Part shown: positions 44,001-51,800 of the stretch, piece after piece
How positions within the stretch are numbered: position 1 is the first letter of the stretch
How the letters are laid out: the number at the start of each line of letters is the position of its first letter
Source: Mytilus edulis
Lineage: Eukaryota
Length of the DNA stretch: 64,000 nucleotides
NCBI RefSeq assembly: GCF_963676685.1
Contig: NC_092351.1
Span: forward strand, 6,944,001-7,008,000
Reading direction: 5' to 3'
Notes under the pieces: model-generated
Seen by the model: the letters and a program-made list of their open reading frames with translations, nothing else
Told to the model about the DNA's origin: nothing
Databases searched by the model: none
Made by a program: the position numbers and the translations under genes

Positions 44001-45544
44001 TGTAAATGGTTTTGATAAACCGGTGAGTAATTATAAACCTTTAAATGCGATAAATCTTAATCACTTCTTAAATCTGGATATACATTATGAATATAGTACT
44101 TAAGTACATTAATGGTACCAATTATTCTGTATATGTACCAAAACTTTAAGGTAAATGATCAAAAGATGATCTATTCATTATTTAAAGTGATGCATAAGTT
44201 TGAACAGTTCGAATTTTGAAATCCGTTGAAAAAAAAAATAAGAAAAAAAAGCGTGGAGGGAAAAATATAATTTACTAAAATGGATCACAATATTATGTCT
44301 AAATAAGTTTGAAAAAAACCTGTTAAGCCTAATTGTTACCGAAAAGCATAATACCATTTAAAGTATATATATCTTGGATTCAGTATAAAGCAAGCATACC
44401 TGGCCACGTCCACTTGTATTTTTGTTCATCTGATAAGTTAAGCCTTTTTCAACTGATTTTTATAGTTCGTTATTATGTTGTACTGTTATACAACTGTCCC
44501 AGGTTAGGGGGGGGGATCCCGCTAACATTTTTTACCCCGCCACATTATTTATAAATGTGCCTGTCCAAAGTCAGGAGCCTGTAATTCAGTGGTTGTCGTT
44601 TGTTTATGTGTTACATATTTGTTTTTCGTTCATTTTTTTTTATATAAATAAGGCCGTTAGTTTTCTCGTTTGAATTGCTTTACATTGTCTTATCGGGGCC
44701 TTTTATAGCTGACTATGCGGTATGGGCTTTTCTCATTGTTGAAGGCCGTACGATGACCTATAGTTGTTAATGTCTGTGTCATCTTGGTCTCTTGTGGACA
44801 GTTGTCTCATTGGCAATCATACCACATCTTCTTTTTTATATGACATAATCAATATTTCAGATAATGTGTAACATACAGTTCTGTAGCTATACACGTAGAT
44901 TTCTGTGTGATTGTATTTGGTGCGTCCGAATCGCTTTTCTAAATTTAATGTGATCATGAACGCTCCGAGCCTTCCCCCAAGAAAAAAATAATTGAAAAAA
45001 TAAAGATGTCTACATATTCGCAATTCAACAAATTTGCTTAACGTTATGGGACTTTTTCAAATCACACAAAAATGGTAAGGTAGAGTTTTAATTAGCAAAG
45101 AAAAACAAATTTAACATAAAAATACCGCAATCCGGGAAAAATTCTAAACGGAAAATTCCTTAGCAAAAGGCAAAATCAAAAGCCCAAACACCTCAAACGA
45201 ATGGAAAACAGCTGTCATATTCCTGACTTATATATACCAATGTACATTTTAAGCAATGGCAGGTACGATGGGAACAACACAAGGATCCTGATTGGACTAA
45301 ATCTATAAGTTATGAAGATTCTGAGACGGCGAGGAGCACTGATTCTATTACCAGTACAAGTAAAATAATATGGGTGACGCCAGAGAAAGAAGAACTTGAA
45401 ACAGCTAGATCATTATGGGAAAGGGTATACCGATTGTGGTATGAACCTAGAAAAACTATTCCGGATAATAAATTTCAAGAAATGCAGAAATTGACAAAAC
45501 TTTCGATGCCTAAACATGTCAGATTCAAAGGAAATGATAAATGA
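5089..45544 (+). CDS. 10-exon gene for an uncharacterised Cys-rich type I membrane protein (signal peptide, Cys-rich ectodomain, one TM helix, long Lys-rich cytoplasmic tail), about 516 aa; host gene of the GPCR cluster
   Basis: Exons: 5089-5143 (MDMMLTYFLLASLAFVSI), 6432-6612 (GACEFPAELRGYDWY...LTCSEYDSDTDRYIS), 7708-7811 (VQFRLFGAVDNFKAFFCMKF...), 35717-35845 (IDSTSLVRV...QACAL...ELLVRS), 39378-39539 (AISCPTSIQYY...), 41654-41769 (GKFDCMYSV...FRYLCY, GC donor), 42199-42313 (VIWSYGHVVYYTYHPQICQP...), 42503-42828 (TM IAVGVILSLLLLALIVLTIVLLVLFLL plus basic tail), 43951-44022, 45254-45544 (TGA). Total 1551 nt, open throughout, intron phases 1,2,1,1,1,0,1,0,0. Every acceptor is pyrimidine tract + AG. 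Exon-by-exon similarity to the - strand paralog. Confidence 0.8.
7322..7361 (-). ncRNA. Minimal type I hammerhead ribozyme motif within a Penelope-like/retrozyme repeat end (repeat about 7280-7560)
   Basis: The - strand reads GTCA-CTGATGA-GTC-TTTTGTA-GAC-GAAAC-GAGC-GTC-TGGC: core CUGAUGA and GAAA, stem II GTC/GAC, short stem III, GUC cleavage triplet, stem I GTCA/TGGC. Confidence 0.7.
8362..8892 (+). mobile_element. Helentron-associated (HINE/DINE-1-like) non-autonomous element
   Basis: T-rich start, sub-terminal IR GCTCACC / GGTGAGC, CGTC-type microsatellite, 3' hairpin GGCTC...GAGCC. Homologous to 20221-21015. Confidence 0.65.
8990..9470. repeat. 44-bp minisatellite, degenerate at the edges
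   Basis: Unit ACCATACAAAATATCATAGCATTTCATACCTGATACCAAGGCAA starting at 9071, 9115, 9159, 9203, 9247 and 9291. Confidence 0.9.
10727..10822. repeat. 22-bp minisatellite, about 4.3 copies
   Basis: Unit CATGATACCCTAATATATTCTA. Confidence 0.9.
11686..11830 (+). mobile_element. tRNA-derived SINE-like repeat
   Basis: B-box GGTTCGAATCCC at about 11739-11750 with an A-box-like TAGCGGGACGG upstream; no complete cloverleaf. A related reversed fragment lies at about 28848-28868. Confidence 0.55.
12029..13318 (-). CDS. Rhodopsin-like (class A) GPCR, peptide-receptor-like orphan; GPCR-1, 429 aa
   Basis: Uninterrupted ORF with 7 hydrophobic segments. GN in TM1, LAIAD in TM2, Cys at the top of TM3 (LCK) and in ECL2 (RCGRL), IAVQRY at the end of TM3, CYFP in TM6, NPFVY in TM7, helix 8 (EFKAAL). 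Confidence 0.95.
   Translation of the reverse strand: MRSLTNVNGSMPGNSDAKELNMTDKIVEDWIQLVERNLIPDMALLVLYIIVGIIGNFVVLLVYRYEMKGTSDERYFIPKLAIADMFASVVCSVAAIIWDVNQIKFSHNILCKLTFCGLTVPASLSLWLLQCIAVQRYFKICRDHTLSLKVRRMMVVSICIISVILCFPYLILYGSNDFLVDGIKYGSRCGRLKEYAYYEAGFAYAILFGVLMILTVVALTFLYGKVGLKIFQHFKSDKCKKTQASNSTIPKSGSEENTDTPIEDKDVVSDSQVNIDIESRENENNLGTMCKAENTSERNGNLIEMNSKKQHKIVSNVCTDSSSGQKEVAIVSNKVKEDHLEKRNRRVKRNFSIMFIIITSVSLLCYFPVGSIVVLEGLNPTFWEGLHPTELAIVIPFYHLFIVNSIVNPFVYAFLDAEFKAALLRLFKR
13588..13860. mobile_element. 273-bp MITE with TTAA TSD (Kolobok/piggyBac-type)
   Basis: TTAA|GGTGGTACCCAACACT ... AGTGTTAGGTACCACC|TTAA; TIR matches at 15 of 16 positions. Confidence 0.85.
20221..21015 (+). mobile_element. 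HINE/DINE-1-like element, same family as 8362-8892
   Basis: TTTTAGCTCACCTGGCC... start and ...GGTGAGCGACACAGGCTCTTACGAGCCTCTAGTTT end. Confidence 0.7.
23189..24324. mobile_element. TTAA-flanked MITE containing a nested second MITE
   Basis: TTAA|AGGGGCTCCTGGGTATAAA ... TTTGTACCCACGAGCCACC|TTAA; imperfect TIRs. Confidence 0.75.
23522..24101. mobile_element. Inner TTAA-type MITE
   Basis: TCAA|AGGAGTAGGTCCAGTAAGACC ... GGTCCTTACCGGGCCTAGTCCT|TTAA. Confidence 0.75.
25629..25795. repeat. 20/24-bp minisatellite, about 8 copies, downstream of GPCR-2
   Basis: Unit TACTTGATATTACCACAGTA; the first two copies carry an extra TACA. Confidence 0.92.
26077..27348 (-). CDS. Rhodopsin-like (class A) GPCR; GPCR-2, about 423 aa
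   Basis: GN, LAGAD, LCK, IAFQRY, RCGRL, CYLP and NPIIY motifs; N-terminal sequons NTS, NES, NAT. The ORF track starts at a GTG (27369). The first ATG is at 27348, with an in-frame TAA just upstream and a splice acceptor at 27387-27388. Confidence 0.95.
   Translation of the reverse strand: MNTSIMEANESVIEDMQLNATNDLEDWPKVVETYLIGNSVFLAVCMVIGVIGNAIVVAVYKLEMKDTSTERYFIPVLAGADILATIVGCITCTIWNSLQSSFTSNNLCKVILFSIASSASFCLFLFLCIAFQRYLLICRRYQLNLLQRRIMIGVSAILGIGMAIPFTLTYGINEFSIEGRSGGQRCGRLKREDVYYVAVAHSIVFGVIMQMTCTCLVVFYGKIGCTIFGYFNSQSKKKKLQMKESSREYTRSLSDKKSNDRTEDTPAKTCEIKINSISQEDVNFPSTDHHNDEALQRNNKSDTQNIKPELPSVESTVSKKEPSTSGRKDTRNKRNRRFKTKFSLMFVVVTSVSIVCYLPVGAIVMLEGFIPEFWDNLTQMELIIVVWFYRSYIINSIANPIIYAFLDIEFYNGLKRLSKMLPK
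27637..27725 (-). promoter_or_regulatory. Putative TATA promoter and short non-coding first exon of GPCR-2
   Basis: On the - strand: CRE-like TGACGTGA (27717-27724), TATAAA (27696-27701) and donor AG|GTAAAG at 27637/27636, which could pair with the acceptor at 27387-27388. Confidence 0.45.
29690..29870 (+). repeat. Abundant interspersed SINE-like repeat; other copies at about 17820-17995, 33905-34070 (-), 43590-43775 (-), 45120-45230 (-) and 56460-56670
   Basis: Shared core GTACCAAGTCAGGAATATGACAGTT..GTCCATTCGTTT..GATTTTGCCATGTGATTATGGACTTTCCG. Confidence 0.85.
30953..32341 (-). CDS. Rhodopsin-like (class A) GPCR; GPCR-3, 462 aa
   Basis: GN, LALAD, LCK, IAVQRY, HCSKL, CFIP and NPLIY motifs; long third intracellular loop; C-terminal CC after helix 8 (possible palmitoylation). 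Pyrimidine tract + AG acceptor at 32366-32367. Confidence 0.95.
   Translation of the reverse strand: MSHNSTAIPVSDIFDWQRDTIPDFVTLSLYIIIGLVGNTIVILVYKFHLTKASEERYFIPILALADLIACVVSSSLGIVWNYHQENFTNVALCKIVYYFMGNTTYMSIFLLLCIAVQRYLKICRKRTLSLRCRRIMIFICLVCAVCFTIPLCLTYGIVHFKKNGHVITSHCSKLKYGNKIFGALYGIVVSSFIFLVYLSFIFLYGKIGYAIYHHFKTHQFKHTHAHYPKDSTPTNSKPSKSEESYEDRAQSENSETGNNLTFQTFGDTNKGHVRKSSLHDMISDKNMKAKGLQNIAFPDVDLVRFQKIKNTSMTVDFRTVDNGVMTDDQSIDSLQITCPMSDISSDSLSTTKTYSTTLSKPSKKKHRKRKRSRRLMNKFSFMFMIVTTVFLICFIPVSTILTLEGFYPDFWEKLSSSQVNIVIWLYRTFIINNISNPLIYAFMDIEFRNAAKKLFKQCCGTM
33019..33561 (-). mobile_element. 3' fragment of an L2/CR1-clade LINE
   Basis: Degenerate translation ...RIFYHKSLLMYKSKHQLSPKYLSNL...YNTR...KSSFSFSDPKLWNSL...FK is typical of the CR1/L2 ORF2 C-terminus. 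It ends with AATAAA and an (ATT)n tail. Confidence 0.8.
34085..34170. repeat. 10/20-bp tandem repeat
   Basis: Alternating AACATAGTGT and ACTATAGTGT units. Confidence 0.85.
34455..35420. mobile_element. TA-flanked TIR element (MITE-like)
   Basis: TATATAGGAGTC...GCGATGGTGACGCTGAAG at the left is mirrored by CATCGCACTTCAGCGTC...GAGTCCTATATA at the right. Confidence 0.55.
36101..37475. mobile_element. Nested Harbinger-like MITE with TTA TSD
   Basis: TTA|AGCTAGGTTTACACTGCCGATCAGATCAACTCGAT ... ATCGAGTTGATCTGATCAGCAGTGTGAACCTAGCT|TTA; 35-bp TIR with 2 mismatches. Confidence 0.88.
37628..38092. mobile_element. Nested TTAA-type MITE
   Basis: Perfect 15-bp TIR GGTGTAATACCACCA / TGGTGGTATTACACC followed by TTAA; the left TSD is degenerate. 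Confidence 0.75.
41143..41632 (+). mobile_element. HINE/DINE-1-like element of a second family, just upstream of host exon 6
   Basis: Sub-TIR ATGCCCCA / TGGGGCAT, (GTCT)n microsatellite, two internal tandem units of about 169 bp, 3' hairpin GTGT...ACAC. Confidence 0.7.
44395..44840 (+). repeat. Abundant interspersed repeat; partial copies at about 15260-15850, 17340-17610, 36705-36820 and 62545-62745
   Basis: Shared motifs GCCTGTCCAAAGTCAGGAGCCTGTAATTCAGTGGTTGTCG, TTGAAGGCCGTAC and GTTGTCTCATTGGCAATCATACCACATCT. Confidence 0.8.
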
Positions 45545-45892
45545 TTTTTTTTATGTTCACAAATATTCCCGACACTATATTAGTTCTGATCTTACCAATG
45601 CATCAACAACTTTGTTTGTACAGTTGTCATATCGTAATGTTGTTTGTTTATTTATTTGTTTGTTTTAATTTATTTTCAGTTTCCTTTAACTATTTATATG
45701 ATAAATATTTGATTTGCATACAATTAATTATGATTTGTTTTATTCGTACTCTTTGTTTTTGAAAAGAACAATCTGTTCATTATTATTTATTCATTTTTTT
45801 CAAAGAAAAAAAAGTTGCAATTTTATTAATTTATTTAAAAACAAAATATTTTACAATTTTAAAATCATACTATCTACTAATATCAAAAACAA

Positions 45893-48800
45893 TCATTGAA
45901 CAGATTCAGTGTCTTGTGTTTTTGTTGCAACGTCATCAAATCTATAATCCTCATTGGTTTTACGTTTTTTACAATTAAGACCAAGTCTTTTACGCTGCCA
46001 ATGTAAGACGAATATTAGGACACAGGTTACACTTATAAAAACAACCAGTACAATCACTACAATCACACCTGAACTTAAGTGACTTTCTATCTTTTTATCT
46101 ATTGAGATGGTACTGACGTCTTTAGAAGCTGAAAATATAATTCGAGAAAATATGTTATTGAAAAAAATAAACCCTTAGACAGAAGAGCAATACAAAATGT
46201 AGTCATATTTAAAATAAATAAAGCAAAACAAATTGAATGGCGATAAAGTTTATGAAATTCATCACAAAATGTAATGCAGTTTTCTAAAAGCAAACCATGA
46301 AGTTGTTGAAGGACACAATAAATAACTCGTCTATTTAGAAGACGTAAACACATAAAACTAACATGTAAATAAAGAAATAAGTGAAGAACAATATCTCAAA
46401 ACAAATAAAAGAAAACACATACATAAAAGCATTTACATTTCATCAATGAAATGAAGATAAAATTGAGAATGGAAATGGGGAATGTGTCAAAGAGACAACA
46501 ACAATACATCTTATACAAAAAAGGTAAATGAACATTAACATACAAGGCAATTGACAAGTGTTAGTAAATGAATGCTGAGTATAATTGCGCTAAGAGCATA
46601 ACATGAAATATATTCACATAGACGTTATAGTGTTTCACAAACCATTAATGGATTTGCCTGTAAGCTAATGCAAGAGACTTAAAGAATTCAGGCCAATTCA
46701 TAAATCAGTCGCCAATAATATGGTGACGCAAATTCATAAGTTGGTGTTATTTTTGTTAATACGTTTTTGTTTATTTGAACGTATTGATGGATACGTATTG
46801 ATGGATCGTAAAATTGAAAAAATAACTAGTTTATATTTGTTTTAAGCATTTTATGACTAGAAACATCAACTAATTTTACATCTATGTATATTGAAGCATT
46901 AGTAATTTCAACGTGATCTGGAAAGGAAATATAAATTGATTATAAAAGCAGAGTGGTGTTAGGGGTGAAACAAGCACTATGCTATTAAATAATATATAGA
47001 TAAAAAGAAAAAAAGAAATTCATTTACAGTATTAATTACATTAGGCAGAGTTGTTAAGTTGTATGCAAAATCTTGCAATTTTTTGTACTAATAAAGAAAA
47101 AAATTCACTTTGTGCTTTACTTTGTTATGTTAAAGTTCACGTCTGTGAAAACGTAAATTTCAATTTAAAACAAATGTCTCTTTAAAACGGATTAAAAAAT
47201 CTTTATGCTTAGTCAGTTCTTATATAATGTCACAGTTGATGAAATCATAAAGTATGAATAAATGGTATTGACTTTCACATTTACAATGAGTATACAGTTA
47301 TACAGGTAGTCATACTTTTATCAACACACAAATCTTATTTTGAACATATAGAATGACATTGAATATTAATTTCACTATTAATTAGATTTGAACCCCTTTG
47401 ACTCATGGATTGGTTACATTTGATTTGTAACATTTATAAAACCTACAACTCGAAATATGTGTTTTTATTTAAAAGAAACGCGCGTCTGACATACGCAACT
47501 ATAACCAGTGGTATCTTTGGTGAAATTTAACATAAATTTTATGAATTAATTGACACAAATATTTGTACTTACTGTCTTCAAAGCATTTATCTAACAAACA
47601 AATAATGAACAATAAACCAGAGTATTATAACAAGTGAGAAGTATGGTTCCTTTTATAGTTCTTTCTTTGAATGACATATAAATTAAAATTTCAGAAGTAT
47701 GTATACAGTGGTTCATCCTTTTTTGTGGAATACCATAAACGGTACCAATTTTTCGTAAAGCTTTGTTTTAGATAATCATAGCTTGTAAAATCCGAAAGTT
47801 ACGTGTTAGTCACTGGTTACGTGTATGGTATTTCTTTAAAGTCTAATCAAATGATTGATAACATAGTTTCTAGAAAAAATATGCAGTAAGCAACTATTTT
47901 CCTTTTTTTGAGGACTGAGTCTGTTAGGTTTCCTGCCGTAGGTCGGTGGTTCATTCTTGACACACCAGTTTACTCCAAAACTAGTTTGACCGTCATGGTA
48001 TAGTTCATAGAGTAATGTTAGTGGCGTTAAAATCAATAATTAATCACTCAATATCTTTATATAAAATGCCTGGCGAAAAGGACGAAATAGAGATGATCAG
48101 AGATATTTTAAAGACAAAACAAAACTCACCAAATACATCTTGTAATTGAAAACTGAGAATTGTATTATCAGCTATACTACACAGATCAGAATGAATGGAC
48201 ATTCTAACGACATCGTCAGCTTGTGAAACATTCTGTAAAATAAGTTTAACTATAATACTTATAATAAATATCACATACAGTCATATACATGTACAACTAA
48301 GAGTACCATTAACGGCAATTACATGCACAATTTTTTATTTTTAAATGGCTACTTACCTCGAAAGCAGAAGACCTTTTTTCTCTTTCTTGATATTTATGTA
48401 GGGCAAAAACAGAATATTCCTTTGTTTTATAGTATTCATTGAGGTGAGTAATGTTTAATGTTATGTGTCGGCATCTAATTCTTGTACACCACAATTCAAC
48501 TTTTAACCTCATTTAAGAAATTGATAGGCACTTTTATGTTTCATATCATTACGAATTTGAATAGGGTATAAGTTATAACAGATTAGTATATATTAGTTAC
48601 TTAAAAACTTACCATACAGAAAAATCCGAAAGGTGAATACTGCCTAAGCTTCGCATTGTCTGTCCATGCATATAAATGACTTCCACTATCGTCGATATAA
48701 TGAACGCAAGTAAAAGTTGTATTTCCTAAGAAACAATTATATAACAAATATTGTAATTGAAATCATTAAACGGGTCAGACCTTTGATGAATATATAGAAT

Positions 48801-51800
48801 TGTAGCTTGATTTATTCACTAAACGGAATCTTTAAATATCAACACAAAACATATTTCAAACTGTTACTTAATTAAAATAAAACAAAGTTGTAATAGATGC
48901 CCAATTAAAATTTAACATTGCGTAAACTGCAATAAAATGATTAACAACGTGGTATAATCACTGTATTGAATTATGCTACAACTCTCAAGACAATATTTGA
49001 TTTAAAAGCCATTTTTAGATATTGATACTGCACTTAAGTCTGTCTATATGTTTTCTCTATAGCATAACAGATTATAAGGTCATTTTATTTTTTTAAATAA
49101 AGAAACTATTATCATATGGTTGCGTACCTATCAACATACTAACAATTCGTAATCATATTTAGATAGTATTTACCAAACATATTTGAGCAGTTTTCGTCAA
49201 TATTCAACTTAAAATGAGTTGACTGTTTACAAGAATCAAAGTAGCCATCACTGCACATTCCATTCTCTGTACTGTCTTGCGTTATGTTGCCATAGTAACC
49301 TTGAATAATCTGAGGACACATTGACCCTAAGGATCTTTGCATCAACGAAACTGAACAAGAAGAAATAAGTAATTTGAGCTTTGTAAGTATAAGATATCCA
49401 CAAAGTACGTAAAATTGAGATTGGAAATGGGAATGTGTCAAAGCACATGTACACTCATATTTAACAATCTACATGTATGGTAAGTCAATGATATTTGGTA
49501 TGCAATTTTATTTGCATTTGCAAGTATAGTTTCCATGGAGATTGTATAACCCTAACCCCTCTTCATGGTTCATTGACTTTGAAACTTTTACATAACTTAC
49601 AAATTAATGTTTGTATTTAGGATTGGGAACGACTTATAATAAGTCAATGGTATTTGGTATGCAGTTGTATTAGCATTGGCACATCTCATTCACATGGAGA
49701 TTGTTTAGCAATGTAACTCAGTCATGGTTCATTGAATAATTGCATAACTTGTGTAAGATGTTTTAAAAAGTATTGCTATTTTGATGTCAACATTTGCATA
49801 ATCAAAATTACAAAAAGGTGAGACATATCTCTGTGATAACAGTTTATCATACTTACCATTTCGCACCAGTAAGATTTCATTTGCCAAACCTGGAACACAG
49901 ACTTCGTCTAAAGTACTAGTATTTGTCTTGACATGTCCTTTCATAAATTCGTTCAAATAATTGTCGAAATCTATTAAAAGACATTGTTCAATTTACGTTT
50001 TGTCCTGAATTACAGCCATATTTATTTTAACTTTGAACAAAAACTAGATCTTAGTGGTGACAAATGGCCAAAATCTTTAGTTATAACATATATAATCACC
50101 AAACAAATATTTGGGCATAAAAATGGCTAAATTGATTATATTATCCTTTACTTTGTCGATAAGAATTCAAAGTGAAGAATGCTTTCACTTTTTGTTATTC
50201 TGGTCTAACAAGATGCGTATGATGTGATACTAAGAATGTTTCCACTATAAGGATTAATTTTTTGTTAAATTTGCATTTTTCCAAAAATGTGTTGAATTAT
50301 TCTTTTTTTCAAATAAGAAATATTTGACATTTCACATTACATTTAATTTCATATAGATAATAACCATCACTGGAAGATAACCAAGCGAATTGTGACCCTT
50401 TTGTTTTTGTGTACAAGCTTTAATAACCATGTAACTTCATGTTTCCAAGTATTCTTCATATATTCTAACACTAAAAAAAACAACAAAAAACAACAAAACA
50501 AACAACAAAAAATGGTGATTTGAAACACCACAGATATATATTTATGACTTAAAAAACTGCAATCAAATTCCCTTCCACTTTCAAATTCAGGGGAATATTT
50601 TTTATCCTTTTTCGTTTACAGCCGGATGTGACGTACTATGCTTAGATGATATGACACCTTATCAAGCTTCTAATTTTTCTTTTCTTTTATATTTATTTCC
50701 TCCTGAATATTGCCTCACCTGTTCGTATGTAATATTGAAAAACAGAATCTGACTGTTGTGCCATTTCCAAACACATGTACATATGTACGTCATGTCCAAA
50801 TACTTTAAAAACGTGTGCAGACCTGCAAAATAGGGAACATGTTTTTAATATTGTTTTCATCACCAATAAGCCTGTAATATAATCAATTATTGTTTGGTAT
50901 AACGTCAGGACAGACTCGGCAAGCTGGATGTTTACTAAGACAATAGGTAGCCTTTTCAATAGTCGTCTGGCGCGAAAAGGACGATAACTCAATTTTAGAA
51001 TTTAATATTTTTGGAGACGGTCAATTTCCGGAATTCCATGCTTGATCATCCCGATTTTTTCTTTGGCCGTTGACAACAGAATTATTGCTGCATTCTTTGA
51101 CAATAAGGTATGTTTAACAAGGCAGTATTATCAATGTATTATCGTGGTATCGATATATGTTAGAAATGTTAGATACCTGAATTATTTGTAATTTTGGCAA
51201 GGACAATTCATCACGTCCCCTGAAAACATGATTTTGTAAAATATCACTTATCGGCATCTCCGGGCGGCAAGCCAGATTAATTTCCTGATATTCTTTACTA
51301 CAGCATTCTGATTGTTATTAATTGCTACATATTACCGCTTTTTTGTAAATCGATGTTTGTTTACATTATCAATAAATGTGAGTAACATTCTAGGTCGAGT
51401 TGTCGTTCGTGGTGTATAGTTTGTTCCAAACCATTGTTTGTTTCTAGTACAGGTTGGCAGTTGTTGCAACATAAACACATGTAATTTTCAGTGTGTATGC
51501 GTGTTTTTTCTTTCTTTCTAATTAGTTATGATTGTTTATGAAAACAAAATGTTTTTAAATTCATTTGGAAGACAGGATTGTCATGTAATTGTTATTTCCC
51601 TTGTTTAAAAATAGAAATTGCGTGTTTCTATATTTAACGATTTGCATGACATTATTTAGTACATATTTGTTAAATAATATAGATATTGCTGTTTTGAATT
51701 CATTGTTAAAGAGAATTATATATGTTCTAAAATTCAATATTTCCATCGTTGCTTATCGTTTGAAAATATAGTTGGTTACAAACTTCCTTCTATTGTTTGA

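Noticed and set aside
47836-48036. 66-aa - strand ORF as another paralog exon
   Set aside because: No suitable splice sites and it looks repeat-derived; exon 7 joins 46128 in frame.
48357-48419. Extra - strand exon ending in GAG|GTAAGT between paralog exons 6 and 7
   Set aside because: There is no pyrimidine-rich acceptor and no counterpart in the other paralog, and exons 6 and 7 join in frame without it.
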